A stretch of 64,000 nucleotides of DNA from Psammoneis japonica. Lineage: Eukaryota. Positions 36,557 to 51,676 of this stretch are shown here, one piece after another (the stretch's first letter is position 1; the number at the start of each line of letters is the position of its first letter). A program made the translations under genes and the position numbers. Location: the NCBI GenBank assembly GCA_008632985.1, contig QPGO01000094.1, forward strand, positions 106,721 through 170,720, in the 5' to 3' direction. The notes below the pieces were generated by a model. It did no database searches and was not told the DNA's origin. It saw nothing but the letters and a program-made list of their open reading frames with translations.

Positions 36557-37936
36557 TTCTTGCAAAGCCTCCAACAAGCTAGCATGTGTTCTGGTTTGTT
36601 TATGCCGTAGCTTCTTTGCACGACTTGGTACACTGGTCTCTCAAATCTTCATCTTGACTGCCTCTCAATACCAGAGATGAGCTACTGCACCTCAAATAGA
36701 CCTACGCTACGTCTCATTTCGGCGTTTAAGTTTGCTACCAACAATACAGAAAGAGGGGGGTGTATTCAAGCCACTGAGATAGCCGTCGCCGATCCTTGCA
36801 TTCTTGTTCATCTTGAAAGTAGAAAAGAGGCGTTCAATCTTTTGGAGGGCGCTGGTTTTTCCAAGTCGAATCCGTACTTTAGTACAACAGGGCAAAGTAC
36901 ACGTGCTCTGTACCATGAGTGCTGGCAAATGGCTCGCTCTGCTCAAACAAGTGGTGGGGTCGACTCTCTATGAAGCGGCTCTAACAGGAAAATCTCGATC
37001 GAGTCACCTCTTTGCCACTAGACCGCCTCGTGACGGAACCGTCAACCTTCCCGACGGTCCCGATGTTATGTCTCTTCTCGAACATGTATTCGTTACGTCC
37101 CTTAAGTCTTCTCGGCTATGCGTCATGTCTTTTCCAAGAGACTCTTGGCTCGCAGTGTCGGTGTCGTTTACACTTGAGCACTCGGTGCAAAATGGATGCC
37201 ATTACCTTGGAGGGTGACTTGTGCGGCCTTAAGGGAGCCTTGACGGGCGGCTGTGCCGCTTTCGCGCACACGGGCCAATGCGTCCCTCTAGAGTAGCAAA
37301 CGGAAAGGGAGTGCCAGGCCGCCAAGAACAGGGCGCAAGAGATTGATCATACCCCCACCAATCTCATGAGCGAGTTGCAGCGGTTAGAAGCCAGACAAGC
37401 CGATCTCAACCACATTCTGACCGATTTGGAACGCAAGGCTGAAACGCTGCAGCACGACATTACCTCGCGCATCACTCTAGCCGACAAGCTTTGAAAAATG
37501 GATTTCCTGGCGTTGGAACGTGACATGGACAGTTTGGCCAAGCACGTGGAATGGTTGCAAGAAAAAAAAATGAAAACCGAATGACCGCCACCTTGTCGGA
37601 TGAGGAGCGTGCGACGCTCCAAGAGCTCAAGCCTTCGCAGCAGGAGCTTTCCAAGAAGCTCTAACGTCAGGGGAGCGTTGTCGATCATCTCGGGCGTTGC
37701 TTGTTGAACCGTTGATTGTAAAAAAGTAGGCCTACGGAATGGTAGTTAACAAGGGAATTCAGGGTAGAACACGTAGTAGACGGCGGCTTGCAGAGGAGCC
37801 GCAAAATTTGCAAAATTGAACTAAGATGACAGATTCAAAGATGGCAAATTTTGACAATATGTAGCTAAGTAATTTAGAAACACACAGGTCGTACCAAATA
37901 CCCACCTTTGTTGTTCCCCGTCTTGCTAAAAGGTAC

Positions 37937-40900
37937 CTAAACCGCATACAACGATGTTTCGTTGACCGCGCTGTCAACAACCTCAGGCACAGACGCACTC
38001 TCATCTTGATTACGGTTGGAGTCTTCAGCAGTCACTGCCTTATTGTCTTCTCCATGAAGCCGCTTCCATACACGAGCAAAGAAAGCCTTTTGAGATCCTG
38101 TCTTCAATCGATTGGTTTGCTCCTTCCTTAGTTTTTTGAGCTCAGCAAGGTGTGTTTTTAACGCCGGTGGCGCAAATTCGCAACTCATGACATGTGTGTG
38201 GACGCTTACAAAGTTGGATTCAACAGCATTTACAGATGACCAAAAGAACTTGCGACTCTCAACTTGCCCAGCACAGTGTTTGCACTCGACTCCAATACAT
38301 CCGACATCCTTGAGACGTCTTTTGTTCCTATCGGCTTCAGTGAATCGACACGGCTGAAGCTGCTCCATCACGACGTACAAGAAATCCGCAATGCAGTTTC
38401 GATCTTCAGGAAGAACAAGTGGCTGACTTACGGAGGTGACGTCGGAAGCTACCTGGGCAAGAATATCTAGTGACACTGCCGGAGCTGTTGGGGTGGACGG
38501 ATCGCGTGAAAATCGGATGCCTTTGTCGGTATCCACCAATCCTATCTTTTTTGCGGAAGTAATCCAGTAGTGTCTAGTTGCGAGTCCTTTCGATCCCTTG
38601 GTACTGGCGCTTTGCAAAGAAAGGAAACGCTGACGGATGTCCTGGGGCACCATCTTGCATTCACCTAGATGAAACCTTTGAATGTCGGCCACGGACTGGT
38701 AAATCCGAGAAATAGAAAATGGGAAGCACACTGCTCTATTCGATCTTTCCTTAGCAGGAAGCGAGTGGCAGTGAATGCATCCGATACCGACTTGTCCCAA
38801 TACAACAGAAAAGGTTGTGGGAGTCCTTACAGCAATATCCTCCTCGGTCGCACTAAAGGCGCAGACATTCTCGCGTAGAAAACAACGAAGCGGACTCAAC
38901 GCCATCTTGTCTTCTGAAAGAGATAGCTTGATTTTGCCAGTGAAATCCGTCGTTGTGCTGCCTTCGTCCTGCGCGGATGGGGCGTAAGAAGACGAATCGC
39001 TTGATAGCGCTGACAATATAGAGTGAAGCGCTTGAGGAGACATGTCCATCGCGTTACCCTCCGAAGACTTCTCCTTCTCTTCCTTGGACGCCGTATCGTC
39101 ATTCCCACGGACCATCTTCTGAGGAGACGACGACGAGCCATCAGAGGAAGATGAAGGGGATATCTTGCTCGTAGAATTCGCCAGTGGTCGGGTTACCGTG
39201 GGTTCTTCGCCCGCCTTGAAACGGACGCCAGATGGCCCATCAATCATTCCCATTTTGGTTGCAGACTTGACAAAGTATTGCATCGTTGTGCCAGTGCTTC
39301 TTGTCTTTACTGCCTTCAGCTCCTCCAGATGCTCCTTCAGTGACGAAGGAACAAACCGACAATGTTGAAAATGATCAAGTTTCATGTCAATCACCGTTCG
39401 ATAGATGCGCTTGATTGATGAAGGATAGCATACTGCTCGCTTGACGCGGTCGCTGGTCCTCTCAGTATGACGACAATGGATGCATCGAAGGCCAACCTGA
39501 CCTACAACAACAGGGTGCTTGCGCCCAGGAGCAGGAGCTTCGACATCGCTTGTAGTCGCCGTAAATACTTCAATGTTTTCACGTATAACACAGAGGGTCT
39601 CGCTAAGAGATATTCGATCTTCTGCTTGAGCCAGCAACAAAAGCGATTGATTTGTGGAGTTGACCTTGGCTGTTTCGTGACTTTCTTTGGAAGGGTGTGC
39701 GCCATCCATGTATGAATACATGCCCGTGCTAGTCATTGATGCCTGACGGAGCAGCTCAATCGGCGTAGGGTCACAAAGGGGTCTGGAGTGGGTGGACGTT
39801 GGCACACTTTGAACCACGTTGTGGCACATCTTGTCTGATTCTCCACCGTTTGAATCAAACGTAACTTGACGTTGAACGGATGATTCCAGCGACAAAGAGA
39901 ATGGAATCCCGCTATTGTTGTACCTTTCATTTGATAGAGTCGACAATGCACCCACTTCGTCACGAGCTTGAATATCCGACCCTTGAAATGATCCACCCCA
40001 ATACTCATTTCTATTTCGATAATTGGGTGATGTTGGCGAAGGATACCATGGCGATGACCCCCACCCTTGGTCCCTGTCAGATTCATGCTGTCGACCGGAG
40101 ATCCGCATCCGACTACCGACGGAAGATTGTGAGCGCGCTGCAGGATAGAAGCTGTGCTCATGGGAACCCATTGATTCATCACGAGGTTTGTTCCAGGAAA
40201 CGCTTGCTTCTCGATTACGTTCGCGGCGCTCTGATGTACTTGGATGAGCCCCGTGCTGGTCCCACATCGCGAAATCTTGAGGTGCACCCCCAAAATGGGT
40301 TAGATTGTACCGATTCCTCATATCTAGATCTCCACGCGTTCCTCTGGGTATCATTGTCTTGTACTCTCGCCTGCTGTCTTCCTTAAGCTTCATTCGCTTT
40401 GGTGGAATGAACGCCGGATGAATATGTTGTGTCTGGTATTCATCTCCTGGCCGACTATGATGCCAAAAGTTACGTTTAAGCTTCTCTGGCCCTTTGTCTT
40501 TGGCTTCTTCTCCAACATATGATACTGGCGGTGCTTCGGCTGGGCTTGGGGGTATCTTAACTGGTTCGTTCCCCGTTGAGCGAGGAATCCATTCACGCCC
40601 AGACGCAACATTATGATTCTCGTAGGGATGCCAATGATCATCTTGACGGACGGATTCGGCGAGGTGACGGCCATCACCCCTGCTCTCATAGCGATGTTCT
40701 ACCGCTCTTTCTGAGCGATACGCACGTGAATTGGTATTCAATCATCCCTTTCGTCGTCAATGCTAAAAGATGAAGTGACCACAGCTTGCAGCCGTCGCGG
40801 TGTGCTGGGTGTAGGCCTAGGATACGACGTATCTTGCTTCTGATCAATAGGTGAAGGGTACTTTGACAAGTTTGGATATTCTGAATGCTCCCCCATCGGA

Positions 40901-40980
40901 TAGTAAGATTCAGCAGAGCCGGCATTTCGACGCTCTGACAGATTTTCCGGCTGCGAGACGCTAGCTCTGTTCGAAGACAT
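37937..40980 (-). CDS. Copy 2 of the triple CxHC-domain gene; a 1-nt deletion near 40741 splits the ORF
   Basis: ttcaatcatccc here versus ttcaaatcatccc in units 1 and 3; a real lesion or a homopolymer error. Confidence 0.8.
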
Positions 40981-43900
40981 GGTTTTTCAACTGATGAAAG
41001 GAACGACAAGAAAACAGTAACTAACGTGTGTTAGTCACGACAACTTGAGTATCTCAAGTTAGCACGACACGAGTCTCCGACCACTTTTTTCTCTCTATGC
41101 TAGACAGAAAAAAAAAATCCCTCAGGTGATCGGTCGACTGCACCGGTAGTCTAGGTCTAGACTCGTTGACGAACGAAATGTGACGACTCACCGTATCCGC
41201 GAGAAGGTCAGAAGATATTTGTGTATGCCAAAGTCGTCAAGGAAGGTTTTGCGGGGTGTGGCAGCAGAAAAGATGTAGGCCATCCAGGATAGTGAGAAGT
41301 GTGTAGGACCTTCTAGCTAGAGTAGACGCCAATGAAGATGAAGATGGCGGTCAAGCATGAGCAACAACCTTCCATTTGACTTTGCCCTTGAAGGTTGATT
41401 TGGCTTTGCTGCTGGCCACTTCCACAACAACATTTGCCACAGATGGTGGCTTGATGAAGTCATGTTTGTTGTTTGTCATGCAGCAGAAGGTGCGGTCATC
41501 AACTCTGACATTGAAGGAGTCGGCGTTGAAGTTGTGATCACGGTGATCTTTGCAGTGGCAGCCATGTGAGCAGGGTGTGGTTTGGCATGTGGCAGGCTGT
41601 GATTTGAGGCCCATGAGTTGGAGTGCAGCTCCATTGCACACTGTGGAGCATTGGCATTTTCATCAGATGCAGCGCCTGTTGGTCTTGAGACAGTTGCTTG
41701 GGTTTTCTTGGTGGTCTGCGACTTGTCAGGAAGCACTCCATTGCTCGTCACAGCCAGGAACACAGGAGTGGAAAGGAGAGTGGCCACTCAACAGTTCTGC
41801 CATTGTGCAGCAGATCATGTTGAGTGCACAAGAGAATGGCAGGAAGACTGCACATGTGCCGCAAAGCAGCCACAACTGCAAGCAGTGCTTGACTTGTTGT
41901 TGTGCAGTGCTGGCCAACACTTGCCCTTCATCTGACACATCTTGTGCACCAATGTTTGCCATGGAAGCAGTCAGGTCTGATTCATCCTTGTCCATGATGG
42001 AGGTGCAATCCTTGGCAAGGTGTGAAGCCCAGCATTTGTGCAACTTGCAGTGCTTGCATGTGCAACCCTCTGCTGTCTTGGCATGTGGGTGTCCCTCTTT
42101 TGGAGTGGTGTTGCACCAGGCATGTTTTCTGGAGAACAGATGCTTCTTGCACCCATCAGACAGGATCTTCAATTTCACCCCACAAGAGACATGCCTCAAA
42201 ATGTTCTGCTTCCTCTTTGATCAAAATGCTTCCCAACCCATCAAAGGTTCTGGGTGCTGCTGAGCTCAGCCTGCCTCTCCACAATGTCCGGATGGCTGTC
42301 CTGGAGCCGGCATGCAGATCCAGTCTGATTGACACACTGCAGCACCTGCTGCATTCTCAGGAGGTGCGGACAAAACAACCTTGCCATTCAAGCAATCTTG
42401 TCAGCCCTCATCACCTCAACTCTGCCCAAAGTGACGGCACGTGCTTGCTTCCACATGGGTGCACCTTTTTTCAAATGGCAGCTGCCATGTTCCAAGACCC
42501 AAAGAGAAAGAGTGCACAGCAACACAACTCACGGAGAATTTCAGAGGTGACAGACCTGTTCCAAGAGTTCTTGATCTGGCAAAGATTGGTGACAAGAGAT
42601 TGCTGCACCAGCTGCAGCCCTCCTGATCTGGATCACCAATGTTCTTCTTCTTGTTCTTCTTGCAATCACTTTGTGTCTTCTTCCTTTTTTCCAGACTTGC
42701 AGCCCAGCATTGAAAGGTGAAGTCTGAAGATTTGGAGAATGAATTTCAGCCATTGTTCCAGAGTGGCAATGTGCCAGAAGAATTGTCAGTGAGAGCCGGT
42801 GACTCTGCCAGTCTCCAGTCATGTGACACCATGCAACATTTAACAGCTGACCCAGATCCCAGCAAATCAGTTGCCTTGACATCTGTGAATGTGGGTGGTG
42901 TCATTGATGGCGCACTTTGCAGGAACCAAAGTGGCGTGCCGCTGCACTGAAATGTCCCGGTGTTGAGCACAAGTCATTTTGCACCATGTCTCTGCCACCT
43001 GCTGCATGCCTCTCAAGTCCAAATCACAGTTGATGTCATCTTCCTCCCTCATGTTGTCACAGCTGTTGTGCAAGATGAGTGCAGTGCTGCTGTGTCATGT
43101 GAGGCATGATGCTGCTGTTGTTTCTTGGCCGCTGCAGTGGACTTCACAAGGGAGAATGCTGCCAGAGCTAAATCCAAGACAATGCCAAAGTCCTCAACCC
43201 TTGACAACCTGCAACAACAAAACATCAAAACACCTTGAGTGTGAGCTGTGATGCACGGGGGTGGCAGGTGAGGTCAGCATGGTTGTCATTTCAAAACATT
43301 TGTTCCAACTCCAGCAGCTGACAATGAGCGTCATGTCCCAAGAAGTGCGCTTCATTTTCATTGCCCTGTCATCAAAATTTTCTTCACCTTGTCTTCATAA
43401 AATTTTCCTCTGATGCAACACAAACATGTTTCCCCCACCAAGACAATGTGCAGAACTTTGCGCAAATGAGACAAATCGTCAATCACCACATTTTTCATGC
43501 TGAGGCAGTGCATCACAAACAGAGTGTGCAGAATTGTGCTGAACATTCTCCACACTGAACCATCCATTCCAGCTCCAGCAAACAATGCATGGTGTGTCCG
43601 AAGAAGTGTGTGTCCAATGGGAATCTTTCGAAAATCACCCGTGACGCAAAAAGCACAAAATGATTGTGGGCACCTGCAGAACCTGCACGTTTTTGTGCTG
43701 AAACTGTCATGTTCACACAATTTGTGCAAAAATGGACTTGACTGTTGTCGGGTCAGGTGTGTTTTTGCAAATGCATTGAAGAAAAACACACCTGGTCAGA
43801 AAACAGTCAAGTCCATTTTTCGCAAAGTTAAAATTCACCAAGGACAGACAGACAGACTTTTCAACAATTGTCTTGGTGCTGTTCTGCACACTTCTGCGCA

Positions 43901-46900
43901 AATGACTCCACAGCATGAAAGATTGCTGTTCATTTTCATTGCCCCACCATCAATTTCTCCTTCACCTTTCTTGGTGTGGGAAGCATGTTTGCAATGCATC
44001 AGAGGAAAACTTTGTGAAGACAAGGAGGAGAAATTGCTCCTCCACCTTTCTTGGCACCGGAAACATGTTTGTGATGCATCAGAGGAAAACTTCATGAAGA
44101 CAAGGAGGAGAAATTGACGATGGGGCAATGAAAATGACATGCACTTCTTCGGACACATCATCATTTTTCATTGCAATGCACTGCCTTTGCTGCAGTGTGA
44201 AAAATGATGTGTTTTGCCGATTTGTCGGCAATTTTTTCATGTTCGTGGCCGGTTGAAGGAAAAGAGAAAAAAAGAGGGGATTCGACCATTGAACACACAC
44301 ACAATTGACCATGCAACCAGGGCCAGAGTTGCGCTGGCTTCTTTTGGTCCAGGGTGGTTGCTGCAGGTGCAAAGAGATGTGACACTGAGTGTGTGCCACC
44401 AAGCTGAGCAGCCCAGCTTGGGTGTCAGAGCCAAGCCCTGCCAGGCCAGCTGCCCTGGCTCCAGCTCTGCTCCTCCCAGTGTGCGCGAATTGTTGAAGGA
44501 GCACCACATTGACTCAAAGGCTGTGTTTTAAGTGGGCAGAGAGAAAAAAACTGTCATCTTGACTGGTGCTTGCTTCAGACCCTGCATCATGAGTGCAAGC
44601 TCCTCTTGAGAAATGAGTGAGAACAGCCATTTTTGGTGCCTCTCTTTGGTTGCCCACTTGGCCGCATTGCCAACAAATCTTGAACCCAACTTTGCTCACA
44701 GTTTCTTCACTCTTCAACCACAAAACAAATGGTGGGCACATGCCATGTGGCTGCTTGGCAACAAGAATGTGGTGCCAAGCATGTGCTGCACACCAAGGAG
44801 CCAAGCAGCCCAGCTCAGCTTTGAATGGAGCCCCAGGACAGCAGCCAACTCTGGGTGATCTCAGCATGGTTTGCTTGTTCAAGCTGTGCTGCACTCACCC
44901 CACAATGCTCTGTGTTGTGGTGGCTTCTTGTTGCAAGCCGTGGCTGAGTCAGCAGCCAGCGCCAGGGGCCCATCTTGCAAAGGCCAAACACACATGTTGA
45001 CCCTGTGCAAAGCTGTGTGAGGGGCCAGGCACAGGAATTTGAAACAATGGCTTCACAGCCATTGGTCCCAAGTTGTCATTTGGTTGGGAGCCATTGCTGA
45101 GGGGCTGTGAAGTGAGGGGTTGGGAGCCCAGCCAGGAGCTCACACTCTGTCACAAAGTGCTGCCACAGCTGTCTTTGCATTGCAGCCAGCCAGGTGTGGT
45201 TGACCCCAAGTTGGTGCTTGATTTAGAGTGACTGCCAAGGAGCTGTGAAGTGTGGGGTTGGGCAGTCCAGCCAGCTCGCACTCTTTGCTGACAGCAGAAA
45301 GTGCTGTCGCAGCTGTCCTTGCATTGTGGTGCCAGCCAGGTGCACACATGGCCAGAGCAGCCTTGGCACGTCCTGCTGACAAAGCTGGCAAAGATGGCAA
45401 CTCTTGTGGTTGAGCCACCTGGCATGCAGGAGTTCTGGGCACACTCCTGGGAAGTCAAATGGGAAGGAGGGCTCAGCATTGCCGCCAGTGCCAGGCACAA
45501 ATGTCAGCTTGTCTTGAGAGAGATTTGAGCCCACACAGCCCCAAGTTGGGTGTCTTGGCTGGCAAGTTAGAAAGCATTCTTGAGCACATTCTGGGATGTG
45601 GGCAGCACTGTCACCAAGAGAGCTGCTCTGCAGAGGAAGAGGGAAACAGGCAACAACATTTTGCAAGAACTGTTTTGTGTCAATGGTTGGGTGGGATGGG
45701 GCAGCATCTGGACTTTGACGGAGCATTTGGTGGACAAAGCTTGAGCACAGAGAGCTGTCCACTCAAGCTCCACAAGTGGCACATTTCAAAGGTGACACCA
45801 ATGTGTTCATGCATCAACATGCCTCAAGCTGCAAGTCACACAAAAAACTGCCACCAACCTTTCTCAACCAACCACCATCATGGACAGAACAGGTCAAGAG
45901 GTTCGAAACAAGAGTGATTGCTTCATTGACTCTCTTCTTGTTTCATGCATTCAAGAGCTTGTTCTTGTCCTTCTCAGGTGTTTGTTGTGCATTGTTGTCT
46001 CTTTTAATTCAAGTGCAAAGAGGAGTCACTTTTCTTGTTTCTGTCTCTTGAGATGTTGTTGGTTGTTGAGTGATGCAATTTTTGTTGCTTGTCACATTTT
46101 TGGAAATGTTGGCAAACCCGATCACTGCTTGATTGTCAACCCATTTGCTGCTTTGAGTCTCCATGGCATGAAATGCCGCAACTCCAGAGCCCTCAATTGT
46201 TTCATCAAACGCAGTGCTTTGAAACACGTCCAACATCAACTCGACTCAGTTGAAATCCCAGTTTGTGGGTGATGAAAAATCACGAATGTCAAACAAATGG
46301 CTGTTTTCGACATCAAGATCCCCGAGTTCAATCCAAGTGTGGCGGCGCACCTCACAGCTTGTGGCCATGACGCACACAAGCATGCCTCATTGTTGTCATC
46401 ACATGTGCTCACATCGAAAATGCCGACAGATCAAAGTTCAGGAAAAGGATGGAGCGCAAATTCATTTGTGCATTCACCAGAGCGGCACTGGCGCAATGAC
46501 ACCTGCGGCAGAAGCGATCAAAAATCCTCACTCATCGTTGACATTTTGTGTTGCTCAGAATTTGAAATCTGACCACCACCGTCAAGCATTTAGCTTTCTT
46601 TGTGTCGAAGTGGAAATGACACTCAACGATTTACACTGACCATTTAGCTTTCTTTGTGTCGAAGTGGAAATGACACTCAACGATTTACACCAACCATTTA
46701 GCTGTACTTTGGCTCGAAGTCAGACAATGAGATTGGGTTATGGGCTTGTCGTTAACCAGCCACGAGCATGAAATCTTTACCGATTTGTCTCATCTACGTT
46801 CTGTGTATGTAGTATTCAGTATCATCTTGGTAATGTTTCCCGATTTGTCTCATCTACGTGAAGTCCTGCGCACTATCCTAGTACGGGAAACACATCTTTT

Positions 46901-47101
46901 TCATACTAAGGCAGTACGTTAAAAATAGAGTATGTAGAATTATACTGAACATTCTCCGTACTGAACTATCCGTTCAAATGGCGCGCCGTCGCTCTTGACA
47001 AACGAACGAAAAACCCCAAACCGCAGACAGCAAAAAACGTAAACACGCAACGTCGCTTAGCTTCCAGCTTCTTTGGTCCGGACGAGATACAATAGATAAC
47101 G

Positions 47102-50100
47102 ATGTCAACGAGGAGAGACACAGCGACGGGAGAGCATCTATCAGTCACACGTTCGGATGTCAAGATCAATTACGAAGGCGTAGTTAGCAAAGAAGAGTTC
47201 TACCGCAAGCACGATGAGCTTCTTCAAGGAGCCCATCAGATTTGCAAGACAATGAGCCGTGCGTCCGCTCGAGAAACAGTCCTGCTCATAGGACTGCTGA
47301 ACGACATCAATACAGCGGTTATCGCCAAGGGAGCCTACAATGATGCGGTGCAGCGGTTGGGTCCACTAGGAAAAATTCTTATGCCCGCCTGGAACACGAG
47401 AGAACATTGGCGCGCGGACCCCGGGGTTTCTTCTGGACTTCGTTTTGATACTCTGAAAAGGAAAGCAAGAGAAGTCTTGGTGATGGAGGACATATATGAG
47501 GTTGCCATCAGCAAAGCAAAGGAGATTCCAGACTGCAACATGAGAAAACTAAAGACGGCGATGTCGGCGTATTATTTCAGAGCGGAAAGCCTTGACCTTC
47601 TATTGCCATGCTCCGAGGTATCGCCGCCGGCAGCGACTGGAGAATTGGTGATGGCCGCCCAGAATCCTCATATTGGGATTCCGTCTTACAATTTTGTCGG
47701 AGGAGCGCAGCTTGGCCGCAATTACGGTCAAATGGAAGGAATGGTGAGATGTTTTCCAATGGTGATTGAAATGCAACGACAGACGCTTGAACGAGAGCGG
47801 GAGCTACGCGATCGAGCTGAAGCACGGCAGGCGGATCAACAAAAAAGGGAGCGGGAGCTACGCGATCGAGCTGAAGCAAGGGAGCGAGAGCTACGCGATC
47901 GAGCTGAAGCACGGCAGGCGGATCAACAAAAAAGGGAGCGGGAGCTACGCGATCGAGCTGAAGCAAGGGAGCGAGAGCAACACGATCGAGCTGAAGCACG
48001 GCAGGCGGATCAACAAAAAAGGGACGAGCAGAAAGAAGCCAAGTATCGCCAAGAGACCGATCGGGCGAATAGCGCCCACATCAACACCTTGCTCAAGCAA
48101 AACAACATCGCAAACGCGCAAAACCAGAAGTTGTTGGGGCTGATGACGAGCGAGTTTGGGAAGATCAGCAAGTCTTTGGACATCATCACTGAGCAAGGAC
48201 AAGAATCGGAACAACGTCAGAACCAGATATTGATGACTGTGAAGAAGCCACCAAATCCTACCCTCCGCCCTTCTTTCACTGGTGATAATGATGGAGTTCG
48301 CAATCTCTTTCATGATCAGGTGAGCAAGCAAAAGATTGTGTTGGTTGTCGTCCTGTGCAGCATTATCAAATATATTCACCCCCGTTTTGTCTTTATTCTA
48401 CTCTACAATACGTGTACAGGTATCCAAGGATGACTCGTCCACGCCCGACCAGAATAAACCTGGTGCAAAAGGTGTTGATAAGCCAAATGATCCGGAGTCG
48501 TTCAAAACTCCCATGACCAAGTGTGCTGTTGGGAATAAGGTACGTAGCCAAGCCACATTTATGTTATCGTCCTGCGTTGCCTCTTTGTATAATGTTACCG
48601 CATCAGATTTATTCACGCCCTTTTTTGACTTCTGTTCTACTTATGAAGGCCTCATTGGACGATGGTGCGAAAAGCTCCGGTCTCGGTGCGCCAAAGAACA
48701 TTGGAATAAGGTATGCAAGCGTCCACTACGTATCGTCCTGCTTTGGCTCTGGTATCATTAACACATTTATTTAACCCCGTTGTGCTTTTATCCTACTCTC
48801 TAGCTGGAGTTCGGCATGTCCCCTCCCATGGACGATCTTGTCGACCTAAAGGATGACGATGACTCAGTTGTGTCCGTCACTTACTTGTCGACGTCCAGTG
48901 TCAGAAAACCCCCGTCATTGGACGACGGTGCGAAACGCGCCTGCACCGGCACGCCGAAGAATATTGGGAATAAGGTATGCAAGCTATCACTACTACGTAT
49001 CGTCCTGTTTTGACTCTTGTATCATCATCACATTTATTCACCCCCATTGGGCTTTTATCCTACTATAGCTGGAGTTCGGCGTATCCCCTCCTCCTTCTCC
49101 AACCCTGGACGACCTTGTGAAGCCGAACTTGTTGAACGAGATGTTCAACACCTGCATGACGGAGGAACGGGAGTTCTTGCCACAGAAGCAATTGGAGAAA
49201 CTGGAAGGCGTTCACGAAGAGGTTTTGGAGGGTGGGTTCACATTTCCGCCGGTACTGTGCAGCGACCCAGACATAAGCCTTTCTAGGCTTGCTTCAGCCC
49301 TGGGCCAGAACAACGACAAGCGGCCCACTCTAGGAAGCGTGGTGTTTCGATTGGCCGACTCCTTCCTATACTTTTCGGAAAATGAGGTCGACCCGTCCTC
49401 CTCAATGGAAGAGGATGATTCTCTAACTTTGGCAGTGGCATTCCAGGGCATGAGGTATCGTGTGGCCAATTCAATTGAAATCTCATTTCTCAACGGCGAT
49501 GAGGCCACAATTGAACTCGTAAGCATGGATCAGTTTGGATCCTCTGAGGCTTTGAGTCGCCTTGTGGAGACGCTGGTAGGAATTGAGAGCATCGAGAAAC
49601 TCACCTTTGCCAGTTCTGTGCGCAACGGCACCACTGTGCTTCCGATCAAGGCGGACGCTTTCAAGAAGCTTGCGAACGCTTCATTCACGATAGAGCTTCA
49701 GGCGGTCGACCTGACTGATGAGCAACAGTACATGTTGGCGAGAAGCAGCGCACCTTGGACGTTTGACCGTTGCAGCTGGAACAATAATGCTTTCCTTTTC
49801 ACAGGGCATGCTCGTTTCACTGAGTCGCCTTTGAAGCTCAGATTCGTTCAAGGATTGCTCTCCAGCAACGGTGATGTCAAAATAGGCCTTGGAAACCTCA
49901 CGCGAATAACAGAGGCTGGCAAACTGGGTAGCCTTCATATCGAGCGCCTAAAGCTACAGCAGGGAGAGGAGGAAACATTCAAGGCACTCTACGACGCAGC
50001 CAAGGAGAGCGATTGTAATTTCACCTTCAAAGATGTCGCGCATGAAACGCTAGGCTCGAAGGGGCTGAGAAAGTTCGTCGAGATTCCCAAGCTTGGAACC

Positions 50101-51078
50101 GCGGTCATGCCTCCGGCAGAGACAGCAGCCAATTCTTTTTCCGCAACAATGCCGACGGCCGACAAGTCATCCGCGTCCTCGACAGTTGACAAGAAGGAGG
50201 ACGCCGCTCCGACACCCGCACCAGCTGCCGCAGCTGATGGAGAAAAGGTATGTCTGTTTGATGTCTCCATCATGCTGTTAAACGACAGAGCTTCTAACGC
50301 GTGTCTCGATTTTGTTTTTTCCAATTTGCAGAAGAAAGCACATGTTACTTCGGCGTTCACCGCCGAAAAACAAGCGGTCGAGTCCACCACCGCCAACGAG
50401 AAGATTACTTTGATTTTCAGGGAAAAGGCAATGAAGAAAAAAGTTACGGTCAATTGCAAAGCCACCATGCAAGGCGCTTTCAATGCATACAAGGAGGGAA
50501 GAATTGATGTAAAGTCTCCCGACCAGTTTATCTTCAAGTTCGACGGCTTTGAAGTCGAACCTACGTCAACACCAGAATTGTTGAAGATGGCGGACGGCTA
50601 CATGCTTGACGTGGAAGTCAAAAAAGGCACAAGGGTGCAAGTTCAGCATGAGACCATTGAAATATTGGATTCCGATGAGGATGAGACGGTGGAACCCACT
50701 CGTCCGAATGTTGTCGAGAAATGTTTCATTAGCGGCTGCATGTATCCCGAAGTCTCAGGAACTCACAAATGCCATCTCAAGAGCTGCGAAAACCACATTC
50801 ATCATCTTTGCGCTGATTACTATGATCTGCGGGTCGGAGAGGAGCTTAATGTGTATTGTTGCCGCGAGCACCTTATTTCCGCTGAAGGCGATGAAGCTGA
50901 CGTGGACAACGCGAAAGGAGACGAAGGCATTGACGCGGACGAAGCCGGCGGCCTACTAGCAGCAGAGGATGAGAAAGCCAAGTGCGCCGGGGTAACCCTG
51001 AAGGGCACCCCCTGCCAACGTTACCCCTTGACGGGGGAACAGTACTGCAAGGACCATGGAGAAACATCTGAATTATGA
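47102..51078 (+). CDS. Copy 2 of the SUMO-like-domain gene; 1-nt deletion in exon 3 (~48703)
   Basis: Same ORFs as 31120-35097; attggaataag versus attgggaataag. Confidence 0.75.
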
Positions 51079-51676
51079 GCACGAGATTGTATCTCGTCCT
51101 CACAGTAGATAGCAATTGAAGTGTTGTGACTTCAGTTGGGAATATTATAAAATCAATAAACTCATTATTGCAAATCAAATCACCACTGTAAGATTCTAGA
51201 CTATGACACTAGACTATTACAACAAATGGACAGACGTAGAGCCCATAGTCAAGGGTGACAAAGGCCAATCGCCCTGCCGGTACAGCAGTTGTATTCCTCT
51301 GGTAGTGCGCTTTGTCTTTGGGCAGAGGAGGGTGTCTCGTTTATTGCTACTTCCGGATTCCCAAGGCAACCCCTTCCATGTGGCCCACATTCGCGTGTCT
51401 GTTGAATTCGATTTCGCTACACCTTCACTCCAGTACAAGTTGCAAGACGTGCAATTGCTCGTGGAACCCTATGCCATTTCTGTTCAGGGTGTGGCTCACT
51501 TTCTCCAGGGTTTTTTTCTCCACCATAACAACGAATTGCCACAATCCTCTCCTCGTCCTGCACAGAGGCAAGACTTTTCTAGGAATCATGGGACGCCAAG
51601 AAATTTGTCAAGGACACGAGTAGTACGGGCTTGTCGGCGGCGCTTCCAGAGGAACAGACAGATCTATTCCAGAATG